Source: Dehalococcoidia bacterium
Lineage (GTDB): Bacteria > Chloroflexota > Dehalococcoidia > Lucifugimonadales > JADFKI01
Direction: 5' to 3'
Assembly (NCBI GenBank): GCA_965204445.1
Contig: OZ241992.1
Span: forward strand, 988,095-1,052,094
DNA length: 64,000 nucleotides
Part shown: positions 48,019 to 57,417 of the stretch, in pieces
How the letters are laid out: each line of letters begins with the position of its first letter
Numbering within the stretch: the stretch's first letter is position 1
The notes under the pieces: model-generated
Seen by the model: the letters and a program-made list of their open reading frames with translations, nothing else
Database searches by the model: none
Told to the model about the DNA's origin: nothing
Program-made: the position numbers and the translations under genes

Positions 48019-51000
48019 CTAACCCGTCCGATAGCGCCGATAGCGCCGCCATACGCTCCATGCCATATACGCCGCAGCGGGGATTAGCAGCAGCCACAGC
48101 GGGAAGCCGTCGTCGTCCGGCATATTCGTCAGCGTGGCGCGCGCCATTTCGACCGTTGGCGCGGCCGCTAACGCCGTCGCGCCCGTCTGAGGCGCGGCGG
48201 TGGCGACAAGCGCAATAATGGATGCGAGCGCGGGTGTTGCGCTAGGCGTCGCCGTGGGCTCATGCGTAGCGCTAGGCGCGCGCTCAACCACAAGCGTCGT
48301 CGCGGCGGTGGGCGTCGCGCTCGGCGTGTATGTGCGCGTTGCCGTAACGCTTGCCGTAGGCGTAGCCGCCGGCGATGCAGCCGTCGCACTCGGAGCAGCC
48401 GTAGCGTTGGGCGTCGCCGTGCTGCCCCTGACCAACGCCGCAACGCTCGACGCAGGCGCCGCCGATACGCCGCCCCCAACCGACGGCGTGGCTGTAACCC
48501 GAGCCGCCGCCGTAGCCGTCGATATCGGCGTTGAGGTCGACGTCGGCGCTGCCGTAGGCGTATAAGCGCGAAGCGCGGTTGCCGTAGGCGTGGGCGCGAT
48601 CGTCGCCGTGGATGTCGGCATTGTCGTGGGCGCGAGCGTTGCCGTCGGCATTGCCATAGGCATGCGCGTGCGAGCGGGCGTCGGCGTGCGCCTTGAGCCT
48701 GATCCCCCGCCGCCGTAACTAGGTCTATATGTAGCCGTCGGCGTTGGCGTATGCGTCGTGGTTGGCACATGCGTCGCGATTGGCATTACGCCGATGGGCT
48801 CCGACTCTAGAAAGGCAGACGTCGGCGTGGGAGTGGGCGTGCCGGTGGCGGTAGGCGTATGCGTCGCCGTGGGCGTGCCGGTGGCCGTGGGCGTATGCGT
48901 AGCGGTGTATGTTGCGGTAGGCGTATGCGTTGCCGGCGGACCTTCATAGATGGGGACTGCGCCGGCCCTTGCCTGATTCGTTGGTGTTGGCGTTGGCGTC
49001 GCTGTTGGCTCTGTTCCGCCGGGAGCGCCGGCGGAAACCTCCGTGGGCGTAGCGGTGTGTGTGGCGGTGGCGGTAGGCGTGCCGGTAGCAGTGGGCGTAT
49101 GCGTGGCGGTGGGTGTAGGCGTGGGCGTGCCGGTAGCGGTGGGCGTAGCCGTGGCCGTGCCAGTTGCGGTAGGCGTGTGCGTAGAGGTAGGCGTATGTGT
49201 AGCCGTGGGCGTGCCGGTCGCAGTGGGCGTATGCGTGGCGGTGTGAGTAGCGGTAGGCGTCGGCGTAGCCGTGGCTGTAGCCGTGCCGGTTGCAGTAGGC
49301 GTAGCCGTGGCTGTAGGCGTGGGAGTTGGCGTGTCGGGGAGAAACTCTCGATCAAGAAGAAGAATACCGACATTTGAGGTCGGCGTGGGCGTAGGCGTGC
49401 CAGTTGCAGTAGGCGTATGCGTGGCGGTGGGCGTGCCGGTTGCAGTGGGCGTATGCGTGGCGGTGTGAGTTGCGGTAGGCGTGTGCGTAGGCGTGCCGGT
49501 AGCAGTGGGCGTAGCCGTGGCCGTGCCGGTTGCGGTAGGCGTATGTGTAGCCGTGGGCGTGTGTGTAGCGGTAGGCGTGCCGGTCGCAGTTGGCGTAGCC
49601 GTGGCGGTAGGCGTGGGAGTTGGCGTGTCGGGGAGAAACTCTCGATCAAGAAGAAGAATACCGACATTTGAGGTCGGCGTGGGCGTAGGCGTGCCAGTTG
49701 CAGTAGGCGTATGTGTAGCCGTGGGCGTGCCAGTAGCAGTTGGCGTAGCTGTGGCGGTAGGCGTGGGAGTAGGCGTGCCGGTAGCTGTGGCGGTAGGCGT
49801 GCCGGTAGCTGTGGGCGTAGGCGTAGGCGTGCCGGTGGCGGTGGCAGTGGGCGTAGCCGTTGCGGTAGGCGTAGCGGTGGCAGTTGGCGTGCCGGTCGCG
49901 GTAGGCGTATGCGTTGCGGTGTGTGTAGCCGTTGCGGTAGGCGTATGCGTTGCGGTGTGTGTAGCCGTTGCGGTAGGCGTATGCGTTGCGGTGTGTGTAG
50001 CGGTAGGCGTAGCCGTGGCAGTAGGTGTAGCGGTGGGCGTGGCCGTGGGCGTAGGCGTAGCCGTGCCGGTAGCAGTTGGCGTAGGTGTAGGCGTGGCGGT
50101 GGCGGTTGGCGTAGCCGTGGCGGTAGGCGTATGCGTTGCGGTGTGTGTAGCGGTAGGCGTAGCCGTTGCGGTATGTGTAGCGGTGGCAGTGCGCGTAGCC
50201 GTGGGCGTGCCGGTCGCAGTAGGTGTAGGCGTGCCGGTGGCAGTAGGCGTTCTTGTAGGCGTGCCGGTGGCAGTAGGCGTAGGCGTAGGCGTGCCGGTTG
50301 CGGTCGGCGTTCTTGTAGGCGTGTATGTCTCGGTAATCCAAAAGCGAGAGGGCGTATGCGTAGCAGTGGGCGTGCTCGTCGCGGCGCCTCCGGGCAACTC
50401 ATTGACCGGGAATAGCCTATCAGGCGTGTGCGTAGGGGTGGGCGTGCCTTCCTGTACGGGCGGACCCGGCGGAAGTGGCGGACGCGGCTTATCGCCAGGC
50501 AACAGAAAATCAGACGTAGGCGTGGCAGTTGGCGTGCCGGTTGCGGTAGGTGTGCCGGTAGCGGTCGGCGTGCCTGTGGAAGTTGGCGTAGGCGTTGGTG
50601 TGCCAGTTGCAGTAGGCGTGCCGGTGGCAGTTGGCGTAGGCGTGCCGGTTGCGGTTGGCGTTCGTGTAGGCGTGGATGTCTCGATAACCCAAAAGCGATC
50701 GGGCGTATCCGTAGCCGTGGGCGTGCTTGTCGCGGTGGCTCCGGGCAGCTCATTGCCCGGGAATAGCCTTTCAGGCGTGTGCGTAGGGGTGGGCGTGCCT
50801 CCCTGTACAGGCGGACCCGGCGGGCGCGGCTCATCGCCAGGCAACAGAAAATCAGGCGTATGCGTGGCGGTAGGCGTGCCGGTGGCAGTGGGCGTAGGCG
50901 TGCCGGTGGCGGTTGGCGTAGGCGTGATGGTGCCTGTAGCGGTTGGCGTGGAAGTTTCTATAACAACCGCCGGCGTGTTCGTTGGGTCAACCCCGACGCC

Positions 51001-51417
51001 AATGTTGTTGTTGCGGGGCGTGTTCGTCGGCGTAGGCGTGGGTGTAGCCGTGCTCGCCGGATCAATTCCTACGCCGACTCCGACGCCGCTATCTCTATCG
51101 CTATCGGGCGTGTTCGTCGGCGTAGGCGTCGGATTGCCTGGTTGCGGCTGTGGCGGCGGCGGTGGCTGCTGCTCATCCGGGAACTGGTTCGTGCGCGGGC
51201 TGAACCGGCTATCAACGGCCGGCGTCCGCGTAGGGGTTGGCGTGCGCGTGAACGCTGCGCTTCTCAAAACGCCGCCCGTCTCAGGCGCGGCCGCCCACGA
51301 CGTCGTCAGCGGATTGCTGCTTGAAACCTGCGCCAGCGCGACCGGCAACGCAATCGCCAGCAATGCGCCGAACACCAGCCGAACTATAGAGCGCCTAACG
51401 CGAGGGGAGGGGGACAA
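48019..51417 (-). CDS. Giant Thr/Pro/Ala-rich repeat surface protein (signal peptide + C-terminal TM anchor), mucin-like
   Basis: N-terminal [24 protein letters not shown]. Hundreds of [16 protein letters not shown]-type units. C-terminal [26 protein letters not shown]. Of the overlapping ORFs, only this frame has sensible termini. Confidence 0.7.
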   Translation of the reverse strand: MSPSPRVRRSIVRLVFGALLAIALPVALAQVSSSNPLTTSWAAAPETGGVLRSAAFTRTPTPTRTPAVDSRFSPRTNQFPDEQQPPPPPQPQPGNPTPTPTNTPDSDRDSGVGVGVGIDPASTATPTPTPTNTPRNNNIGVGVDPTNTPAVVIETSTPTATGTITPTPTATGTPTPTATGTPTATHTPDFLLPGDEPRPPGPPVQGGTPTPTHTPERLFPGNELPGATATSTPTATDTPDRFWVIETSTPTRTPTATGTPTPTATGTPTATGTPTPTPTSTGTPTATGTPTATGTPTATPTSDFLLPGDKPRPPLPPGPPVQEGTPTPTHTPDRLFPVNELPGGAATSTPTATHTPSRFWITETYTPTRTPTATGTPTPTPTATGTPTRTPTATGTPTPTATGTPTATRTATATHTATATPTATHTATHTPTATATPTATATPTPTPTATGTATPTPTATPTATPTATATPTATHTATHTPTATATHTATHTPTATATHTATHTPTATGTPTATATPTATATPTATATGTPTPTPTATGTPTATATGTPTPTPTATATPTATGTPTATHTPTATGTPTPTPTSNVGILLLDREFLPDTPTPTPTATATPTATGTPTATHTPTATHTPTATGTATATPTATGTPTHTPTATHTATHTPTATGTPTATHTPTATGTPTPTPTSNVGILLLDREFLPDTPTPTPTATATPTATGTATATATPTPTATHTATHTPTATGTPTATHTPTSTHTPTATGTATATPTATGTPTPTPTATHTPTATGTPTATATHTATPTEVSAGAPGGTEPTATPTPTPTNQARAGAVPIYEGPPATHTPTATYTATHTPTATGTPTATHTPTATGTPTPTPTSAFLESEPIGVMPIATHVPTTTHTPTPTATYRPSYGGGGSGSRRTPTPARTRMPMAMPTATLAPTTMPTSTATIAPTPTATALRAYTPTAAPTSTSTPISTATAAARVTATPSVGGGVSAAPASSVAALVRGSTATPNATAAPSATAASPAATPTASVTATRTYTPSATPTAATTLVVERAPSATHEPTATPSATPALASIIALVATAAPQTGATALAAAPTVEMARATLTNMPDDDGFPLWLLLIPAAAYMAWSVWRRYRRYRTG
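49298..49714. repeat. Two near-identical ~123-bp segments spaced 294 bp apart inside the Thr/Pro-rich gene (encode [37 protein letters not shown])
   Basis: Direct comparison of 49298-49420 with 49592-49714 shows 1-2 mismatches. Confidence 0.85.
50291..50855. repeat. Two ~215-bp ~90 %-identical segments spaced 351 bp apart inside the Thr/Pro-rich gene (encode ...[32 protein letters not shown]...[16 protein letters not shown])
   Basis: Direct comparison of 50291-50512 with 50642-50855; one 11-nt indel. Confidence 0.8.
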
Positions 51418-51913
51418 ATATAAACCTTAGCGCTTCCATATTCGGCAACCGAAGAGCGTGGCAATGATAATCGCGCCGTATGCAACCGTCGGTTTGAGTA
51501 TCAAGCCCACCGGCTCACACCGAATACGATACGGCATAGATATTAACGGCAAATTAACGATGCGTTAAAGCCGCTTTACAATCGCTCTCAATTCCCATTT
51601 TTGAGTTGAACGCGTATCTGCGCTCTTGTTTTGACACAACATATCAAGCTACCACGCATCAATCCGAATGCGCAATAGATTGTTTATGCGGCCCGCCCTA
51701 CTTCCCATCGGTTCTTCACAGAGGGATTCTGACGATGACCACCCCCTAGCCTTGCTTCCCTTTGCGCCCCCCACGCCTTTGCGTTGAAAACCCGCCCCGC
51801 CGCCGCACGCTTGCCTTGTTCATACCCCATTGGTTTGGCTAAACTCCCTCGATATGATACGCTTTGCCCATCCGCCGATTGGCGTACAAGCGCTACCCAC
51901 TAAGGAGTTTGTT

Positions 51914-53557
51914 ATGGCAAAGGTTACCGGAAGCTACCTTATAGCGAAGACGCTCAAGGAAGAGGGCGTGGAGAAGCTCTTCTATCTGATGGGCGGGCCC
52001 GACTTCGACATTGTGATGGGCTGCCAGGATTTCGGCATAGAGACGATCGACTTTCGGCATGAGCAGGCGGCGGCGTTTGCGGCGCACGCCTACGCGCGCG
52101 TTACCGGCAAGCCCGGCGTCTGCACCGCGGCAAGCGGCCCCGGCACGCTTAACCTGCTCACCGGCGTTTATGCGGCGTCTATCGACTGCGCGCCTATGGT
52201 CATCCTAGGCGGCGCAAGCGCGGTTCACGAAATCGGCAGGGAGTCCTTCCAAGAAGTTGACCAAGAGCGCATTATGGAGCCGATATGCAAGTATTGGCAT
52301 CGCCCCACAATGGCGGCGCGCTATCCCGAAATCGTCAGCACGGCGTATCGGCAGGCGATGTCGGGCCGGCCGGGCCCGGTGTATATCGACTGCGGCGCTG
52401 ATGTGCTGTACGAAGAGGTTGAAGAAGACGATGCGGCTGCGCCCACCCGCGCGTCGCGCAAGTCCGTTCCCGCGGGCGATGCGGCGGCGGTCAAAGAGGC
52501 GGTGGATATGCTGGCGTCGTCGGAGCGTCCCGTCATATTCGCGGGCGGCGGCGTGTTCTTCGCAGGCGCCTCGCCCGAACTGGAGCGGCTTGTGGATCTC
52601 ACAAGCGCCCCCTTCTACACCGCGCCGATGTCGCGCGGCATCGTGCCGGAGGATCACGCCGTATCCTTCCAAGGCGCGCGCAGCACGGCGCTGCGAGAGG
52701 CGGATTTGGTGCTGGTCATCGGCACGCGAATGAACTGGATGGTGAACTACGGCAGGCGCTTTGCGGCGGACTCTAAGGTGGTTCAGATCGACATCGAGGC
52801 GAGCGAAATAGCGCACAACCGCGACGTAGACCTCGGCATCGTGGGCGACGCCAAGGCGGTGCTGGGACAGATGGTAGCGGAAGTGGAAGCGCGCCCCGGC
52901 GACTTCGGCGGCCGCCTGGAATCGCCGTGGATTACGCGCCTGCAAGAGGACAACGACCGCCGCGCCACTCAGCAGGCGGTACTGCTGAACTCCGACCAGA
53001 CGCCCATTCACCCGCTGCGGCTATGCAAAGAGATACGCGACTTCCTCGACCGCGACGCAATCCTGTGCGTCGACGGCAACGAAATCCTGCACTTCGGGCG
53101 GCAGTCACTGCCCACATATGTGCCGGGGCATCGGCTGAACTCCGGCGTAACCGGCACAATGGGAGTAGGGCTGCCCTACGGCATCGGCGCGCAGATAGCC
53201 AAGCCGGACAATCAGGTGCTAGTGCTGCACGGCGACGGCTCTATGGGAATGAACGCAATGGAAATCGACACCTGCGTGCGCTTCAACCTGCCGGTGGTAA
53301 CGGTCATAAGCAACAACGCCGGTTGGACGGCGCGCACGCCCGACCGCCGCAAGCCGGGGCGAGAGCTTGGGTTCACCAACTTCGACGGAATGGCGCGCGA
53401 GCTCGGCGCGCACGGCGAAGAGGTTACGGATCCGGACGAAATTCGCCCCGCGCTTGAGCGCGCATTCGCAAGCGGCAAGCCCGCGGTGGTGAATGTGATA
53501 GTGGAGCCCACCGCGGCGGGCGTATCGCGCGCCTGGGGCGGCAGCCGGATGGAGTAG
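51914..53557 (+). CDS. Thiamine diphosphate-dependent enzyme (acetolactate synthase / oxalyl-CoA decarboxylase-like family)
   Basis: MAKVTGSYLIAKTLKEEGVEKLFYLMGGP, RHEQAAAFAAHAYARVTGKPGVCTAASGPGTLNL, and the ThDP motif LHGDGSMGMNAMEIDTCVRFNLPVVTVISNN. ATG 51914 lies 6 nt after AAGGAG. Confidence 0.85.
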   Translation: MAKVTGSYLIAKTLKEEGVEKLFYLMGGPDFDIVMGCQDFGIETIDFRHEQAAAFAAHAYARVTGKPGVCTAASGPGTLNLLTGVYAASIDCAPMVILGGASAVHEIGRESFQEVDQERIMEPICKYWHRPTMAARYPEIVSTAYRQAMSGRPGPVYIDCGADVLYEEVEEDDAAAPTRASRKSVPAGDAAAVKEAVDMLASSERPVIFAGGGVFFAGASPELERLVDLTSAPFYTAPMSRGIVPEDHAVSFQGARSTALREADLVLVIGTRMNWMVNYGRRFAADSKVVQIDIEASEIAHNRDVDLGIVGDAKAVLGQMVAEVEARPGDFGGRLESPWITRLQEDNDRRATQQAVLLNSDQTPIHPLRLCKEIRDFLDRDAILCVDGNEILHFGRQSLPTYVPGHRLNSGVTGTMGVGLPYGIGAQIAKPDNQVLVLHGDGSMGMNAMEIDTCVRFNLPVVTVISNNAGWTARTPDRRKPGRELGFTNFDGMARELGAHGEEVTDPDEIRPALERAFASGKPAVVNVIVEPTAAGVSRAWGGSRME

Positions 53558-53729
53558 GCGGCGGCTTATTAGCCATACGCCAATAATCGGCAATCAGTTC
53601 GTCCCGCCGCCCACCGCCTTTTCACAAAGGGTCAGCGCGACGGGACGATGCGAACCCAGATGTGATGTATCTCTGGGGAATACGGTAAAGATAATAGTGA
53701 GCGCAACGCTTTCCAAGCGGCGCGCCGCA

Positions 53730-54587
53730 TCACAAGCCTATGCGCGATAGGTATTCGGGCTTGCCGGTTATGCCTAGGTTCAGTCTGTATAGGCAGCCGG
53801 CGCCCGGGCCCTCTGCCGTCTTGTCCTGTCCGCCGGCGGTGGTGATGTACATATCGGTGTAATCGGCGCTGCCGAATGTTACGCTGGACACTTTGCGGGC
53901 GGGGAACCAGACGCGGCGCTCTTGTTCGCCCTGCGGCGAGTAGCGCACAAGCGATGAGCCGTCCCAGCGCGCAGACCACACATAGCCGGCGGCGTCAACG
54001 GTCATTCTGTCGGGTATGCCGTCGCTTTCGCCCGTGTTCACGAACACGCGTTGATTGGAGAGTTCGCCGGTGTCCGCGTCGTAGTCGAAGATGTAGATGT
54101 TATGCGTGGGCGAGTCGGTGTAGTACATCCGCTTGGCGTCGGGCGTGAAGCCCATTCCGTTGGAGATGCCGATGCCGCTGAGGACTTGGGTTATGGAGCC
54201 GTCGGTGTCCAAGCGGTATAGGCTGCCGGCGCGGGCGGGCGCGGGCATCGTGCCGCAGAAGACGCGCCCGGCGTGGTCGGCGATGACGTCGTTGAAGCGC
54301 GTCTCGCGCTCTGCCTCGATCTGCTCTATGTGATACTCGAGTTTGCCGTGGCGCAAAGACGCCACCGCGCCGCGCTCCATGAACAGCAGCAGGGAGCCGT
54401 CCGCCTGAATGGTGAAGCCGCCCACCTGCGGGCCTTCGAAGATTTGGCTGTGTTCGCCCGATGCGGGATCGTAGCGAAATATCCTGCCCTGCGGGATGTC
54501 AACCCAGTACACGCATCTTTCTGTCGGATGCCAGAGCGGGCCTTCGCCCACGATGCAGTTATAATCGGCAATCAATTCGGGTTGCAT
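53730..54587 (-). CDS. SMP-30/gluconolactonase/LRE family beta-propeller protein
   Basis: GEGPLWHPTERCVYWVDIPQGRIFRYDP, NDVIADHAGRVFCGTM, SNGMGFTPDAKRMYYTDS, PDRMTVDAAGYVWSA. Confidence 0.87.
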   Translation of the reverse strand: MQPELIADYNCIVGEGPLWHPTERCVYWVDIPQGRIFRYDPASGEHSQIFEGPQVGGFTIQADGSLLLFMERGAVASLRHGKLEYHIEQIEAERETRFNDVIADHAGRVFCGTMPAPARAGSLYRLDTDGSITQVLSGIGISNGMGFTPDAKRMYYTDSPTHNIYIFDYDADTGELSNQRVFVNTGESDGIPDRMTVDAAGYVWSARWDGSSLVRYSPQGEQERRVWFPARKVSSVTFGSADYTDMYITTAGGQDKTAEGPGAGCLYRLNLGITGKPEYLSRIGL

Positions 54588-54847
54588 TGGGCTTTCACCT
54601 CATAGCGATGGTATAGCGCGATAGTATAGCGTAGTCCGTATCAGGTATGTCCATAGCGGATGGCGCTTGCGTTTCGGCGCGGATGCGTCCGGGCTGCGCT
54701 TCTCTATTAGTCAGTTAGGGTTGCGGCGGGATTGCGAATTATCTCAAACTATCTTGCTCGAAGCGCCGTCGGGTCAGGATAACTTATTGAATTATTTTTG
54801 CGTTTAGGTTATTCTACAAAACGCGGCGGCTTTTGGGAAATGAACTA

Positions 54848-54877
54848 TTGAATATACGCCCTGCGCATTCGTATAAT
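54848..54877 (+). promoter_or_regulatory. Sigma70-like promoter upstream of the HU gene (TTGAAT-18 nt-TATAAT)
   Basis: ttgaat 54848-54853 and tataat 54872-54877. This implies a 5' UTR of about 170 nt. Confidence 0.5.
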
Positions 54878-55049
54878 TGCAGGGCGGCGTTAATGGCAAG
54901 CACTTCCAACAACCCGCCGACGGCTTTTCAAGACGCGCGCGCAGTCATCGCATCACGGGGAATAATATAGGGATTTTCTGCGTGAAGACTGCCTACATTA
55001 CGAACTTGCAGACTTGCCCAAAATCAGTATTGCGCTTAGGAGGAACAGA

Positions 55050-55343
55050 TTGGCGACTCTCAGAAAGAACGACATAGCATCAAGGGTATCGACGAAGCTG
55101 AAGTCCAAGAATGCGGACGGGAATGAGGCGCTTAACGCTGTGCTTGGCAGCATACAGGAGGCGCTTGCAAACGGCGACAAAGTGGTGCTTACGGGCTTTG
55201 GTTCGTTTGAGCTTCGGGATGTGAAAGCGCGCAAGGTGCGTCCCATACGCGGCGCGCAGTCGGGCGAGCTGACCGAAGTGCCGGCTCACAAGCGCGTGGG
55301 GTTTTCGCCCGGCACCGAACTGAAGAAGGCGGCGCAGGGTTAA
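55050..55343 (+). CDS. hup: HU/IHF family nucleoid-associated DNA-binding protein
   Basis: GDKVVLTGFGSFELRDVKARKVRPIRGAQSGELTEVPAHKRVGFSPGTELKKA is the HU beta-arm. TTG 55050 lies 6 nt after TAGGAGG and gives 97 aa; the track's start at 55014 is less likely. Confidence 0.85.
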   Translation: MATLRKNDIASRVSTKLKSKNADGNEALNAVLGSIQEALANGDKVVLTGFGSFELRDVKARKVRPIRGAQSGELTEVPAHKRVGFSPGTELKKAAQG

Positions 55344-55371
55344 TGCCCGCCTCATAAGCATACACTTCAAG

Positions 55372-55404
55372 CCGGGTCAGGCGCCTGACCCGGTTTTCTT
55401 TTTG
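55372..55404 (+). terminator. Rho-independent terminator of the HU gene
   Basis: ccgggtcagg-cgc-cctgacccgg followed by TTTTCTTTTT. Confidence 0.85.
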
Positions 55405-55672
55405 TCCGCGTTTTGCCCACTGAACTACAACTGCCTTATCCGTATTTCTGCCCGCCGGTTTGCAACCGTCTTGTCCGCCCCCCCCGATTGCGATTATTGC
55501 GCCCGTCCGTTGCATGCGTCGAATGTCTATTGCGTTCTCGAATCCTTTCCATTTTCTAGGATTATTGCGAACAAATTATCAAAACTTGTCCTAAATTCGC
55601 TTGAAAGCAATGGCGCTTGTGTTCTAACATTCGGTTTGCGATAACAAATTGAGTGTGTAGGAGACAGCGATT

Positions 55673-55864
55673 ATGCGGTCAACGAACTCTGACAGAAGCA
55701 TCTATCTGAAGCGCTGCCCGCGCTGCCGCGGGGACATCCACGCAAGCCGTGACCAGTACGGCAAGTACATCCATTGCCTTCAGTGCGGCTATGCGACAGA
55801 CATCCCGCGCCCGAACCCGTTTGCGGATATGCTCGCCAACATACGCCGCGACGAAGTGGCATAG
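55673..55864 (+). CDS. Small zinc-ribbon protein (63 aa)
   Basis: CPRC-x16-CLQC pattern (KRCPRCRGDIHASRDQYGKYIHCLQCGY). AGGAGA lies 8 nt upstream of the ATG. Confidence 0.5.
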   Translation: MRSTNSDRSIYLKRCPRCRGDIHASRDQYGKYIHCLQCGYATDIPRPNPFADMLANIRRDEVA

Positions 55865-55984
55865 CCGATTGCGTATGCGGCGAAAGGCGGGGGCGGCTTG
55901 CTTGGCTTACATATGGGCCGCCGTTCCCGCCCGTTTGCGTCGACAATCGAGACAATCGAGTGGATGCGCCAGGCAGCGATTACG

Positions 55985-57193
55985 CTACGCATCCCCCCGC
56001 GCCAATGCGTCGCTTGCCGCCGCGACGCCTGCGCCCGCCGCCGCTTCGTAGCCCATCTCCGGCAGTATGCGCTCAAGCGCGGATAGCAGCGCCAGCACGT
56101 ATTCGGGCTTGCTGGACTCGCCCATCAGTCCGACGCGCCACACCTTGCCGGCGAAATCGCCCAAGCCGCCGCCTATCTCTATGCCGTAGCCGCGCAGCAG
56201 CCGTTGGCGCACCGCCGCATCATCCACGCCATCAGGGATGCGAACCACGGTGATTTGCGCTAGGCGGTGTTCGGCGGGGACGATGAACTCCAGCCCAAGC
56301 GCCGCCAAGCCCGCGCTCAATGCGGCGGCGTTGCGCGTATGGCGGGCGAAGCGCTGCGGCAGTCCCTCGTCAAGCGCCTGCTGCAATCCCTCGCGCAGCG
56401 CAAGCACCATGCTCACCGGTATTGTGTGATGATACGCCCGCTGCTCATCCCATCCCCAGTAGTTGCCCAGCAGCGATAGGTCGAGATACCAAGACAGCGG
56501 CGGTTGGCGGCGGCGGCGCAGCGCGTCAAGGGCAGCGTGGCTCAGCGCTATGGGGGACATTCCGGGCGGGCAGCCTAGGCATTTCTGCGTTGCGGAATAG
56601 GCGTAGTCTATGCGCCATTCGTCAAACGCCATTTCGTTGCCGCCCAGCGATGTAACCGCGTCCACCATAAACAGCGTGTCGTGCGCCTTTGCCAGCTTCG
56701 ACAGATCTGCGAGCGGTTGGCGCACGCCGGTTGAGGTTTCGGCGTGTATGGCGGTTACCATCTTGACATTGGAATGCCGCTTCAGTTCGGCTTCCAATAT
56801 CTCTTCGGGGAACGGCTTGCCCCAATCGGCGCGCAACGGGACTACGTTTGCGCCCAATCGGGTTGCCATCTCAACCATTCGCTCGCAGAAGAAGCCGTAG
56901 ATGCACATCACAACCGTATCGCCCGGCTCCAGCAGGCTGCTCAGTCCGGCTTCCATGCCGGCGGAGCCGGTTCCCGAAATCGCCAGCGCATTCGCATCGG
57001 TTGTCTGATAGACGCGCGCTATGAGATCTCTGACTTCGTCCATAACCAGCATAAAGTCGGGGTCCATATAGCCTATCATCGGTTGCATCATCGCTTGCAG
57101 CACTCTTGGACTGACGTTGCTGGGCCCCGGCCCCAGCAGGATGCGCGGCGGCACCGCCGGCATAGGGGATTCGGGCAGCGCGCTCTGTGTCAT
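55985..57193 (-). CDS. Class V aminotransferase (alanine-glyoxylate / serine-pyruvate aminotransferase family)
   Basis: LLGPGPSNVSPRVLQAM, ISGTGSAGMEA, DAVTSLGG, SATQKCLGCPPG (PLP Lys). ATG 57193 lies 7 nt after GGAGG. Confidence 0.85.
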   Translation of the reverse strand: MTQSALPESPMPAVPPRILLGPGPSNVSPRVLQAMMQPMIGYMDPDFMLVMDEVRDLIARVYQTTDANALAISGTGSAGMEAGLSSLLEPGDTVVMCIYGFFCERMVEMATRLGANVVPLRADWGKPFPEEILEAELKRHSNVKMVTAIHAETSTGVRQPLADLSKLAKAHDTLFMVDAVTSLGGNEMAFDEWRIDYAYSATQKCLGCPPGMSPIALSHAALDALRRRRQPPLSWYLDLSLLGNYWGWDEQRAYHHTIPVSMVLALREGLQQALDEGLPQRFARHTRNAAALSAGLAALGLEFIVPAEHRLAQITVVRIPDGVDDAAVRQRLLRGYGIEIGGGLGDFAGKVWRVGLMGESSKPEYVLALLSALERILPEMGYEAAAGAGVAAASDALARGDA

Positions 57194-57417
57194 GCCATCA
57201 CCTCCGATTTCGCAATCCGTCAATTCGCGACCGTCAATCAGTCAATCATCAGTCAATCAAGGGTAGCGTTAGGGTATTCTACACCCGTTGGAGCGTCCGT
57301 GTGTTCGCGCGTCCGTGTATCATATCCGGGCAAGCGGCGCAGAACGGCGTATCGTCGTATCGCAAGCGGCGGCGCATCGCGCGAAACGGCGCCGGGCTTG
57401 CGGGCGCAGCGGCGTCG

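Noticed and set aside
48019-51417. Possible CRISPR array, because of strong DNA periodicity
   Set aside because: The repeats are short (6-18 bp), degenerate and contiguous, without unique spacers. The region is a continuous ORF with a signal peptide. No cas genes are present in the window.
49481-51430. 649-aa plus-strand ORF (Gly/Val/Ala-rich) and the 675-aa minus-strand alternative frame (48807..50834, Arg/Pro/Leu-rich) overlapping the Thr/Pro-rich gene
   Set aside because: These are low-complexity repeat DNA read in other frames. They have no signal peptide, TM helix or sensible termini. Only the 48019..51417 frame has a signal peptide and a C-terminal anchor.
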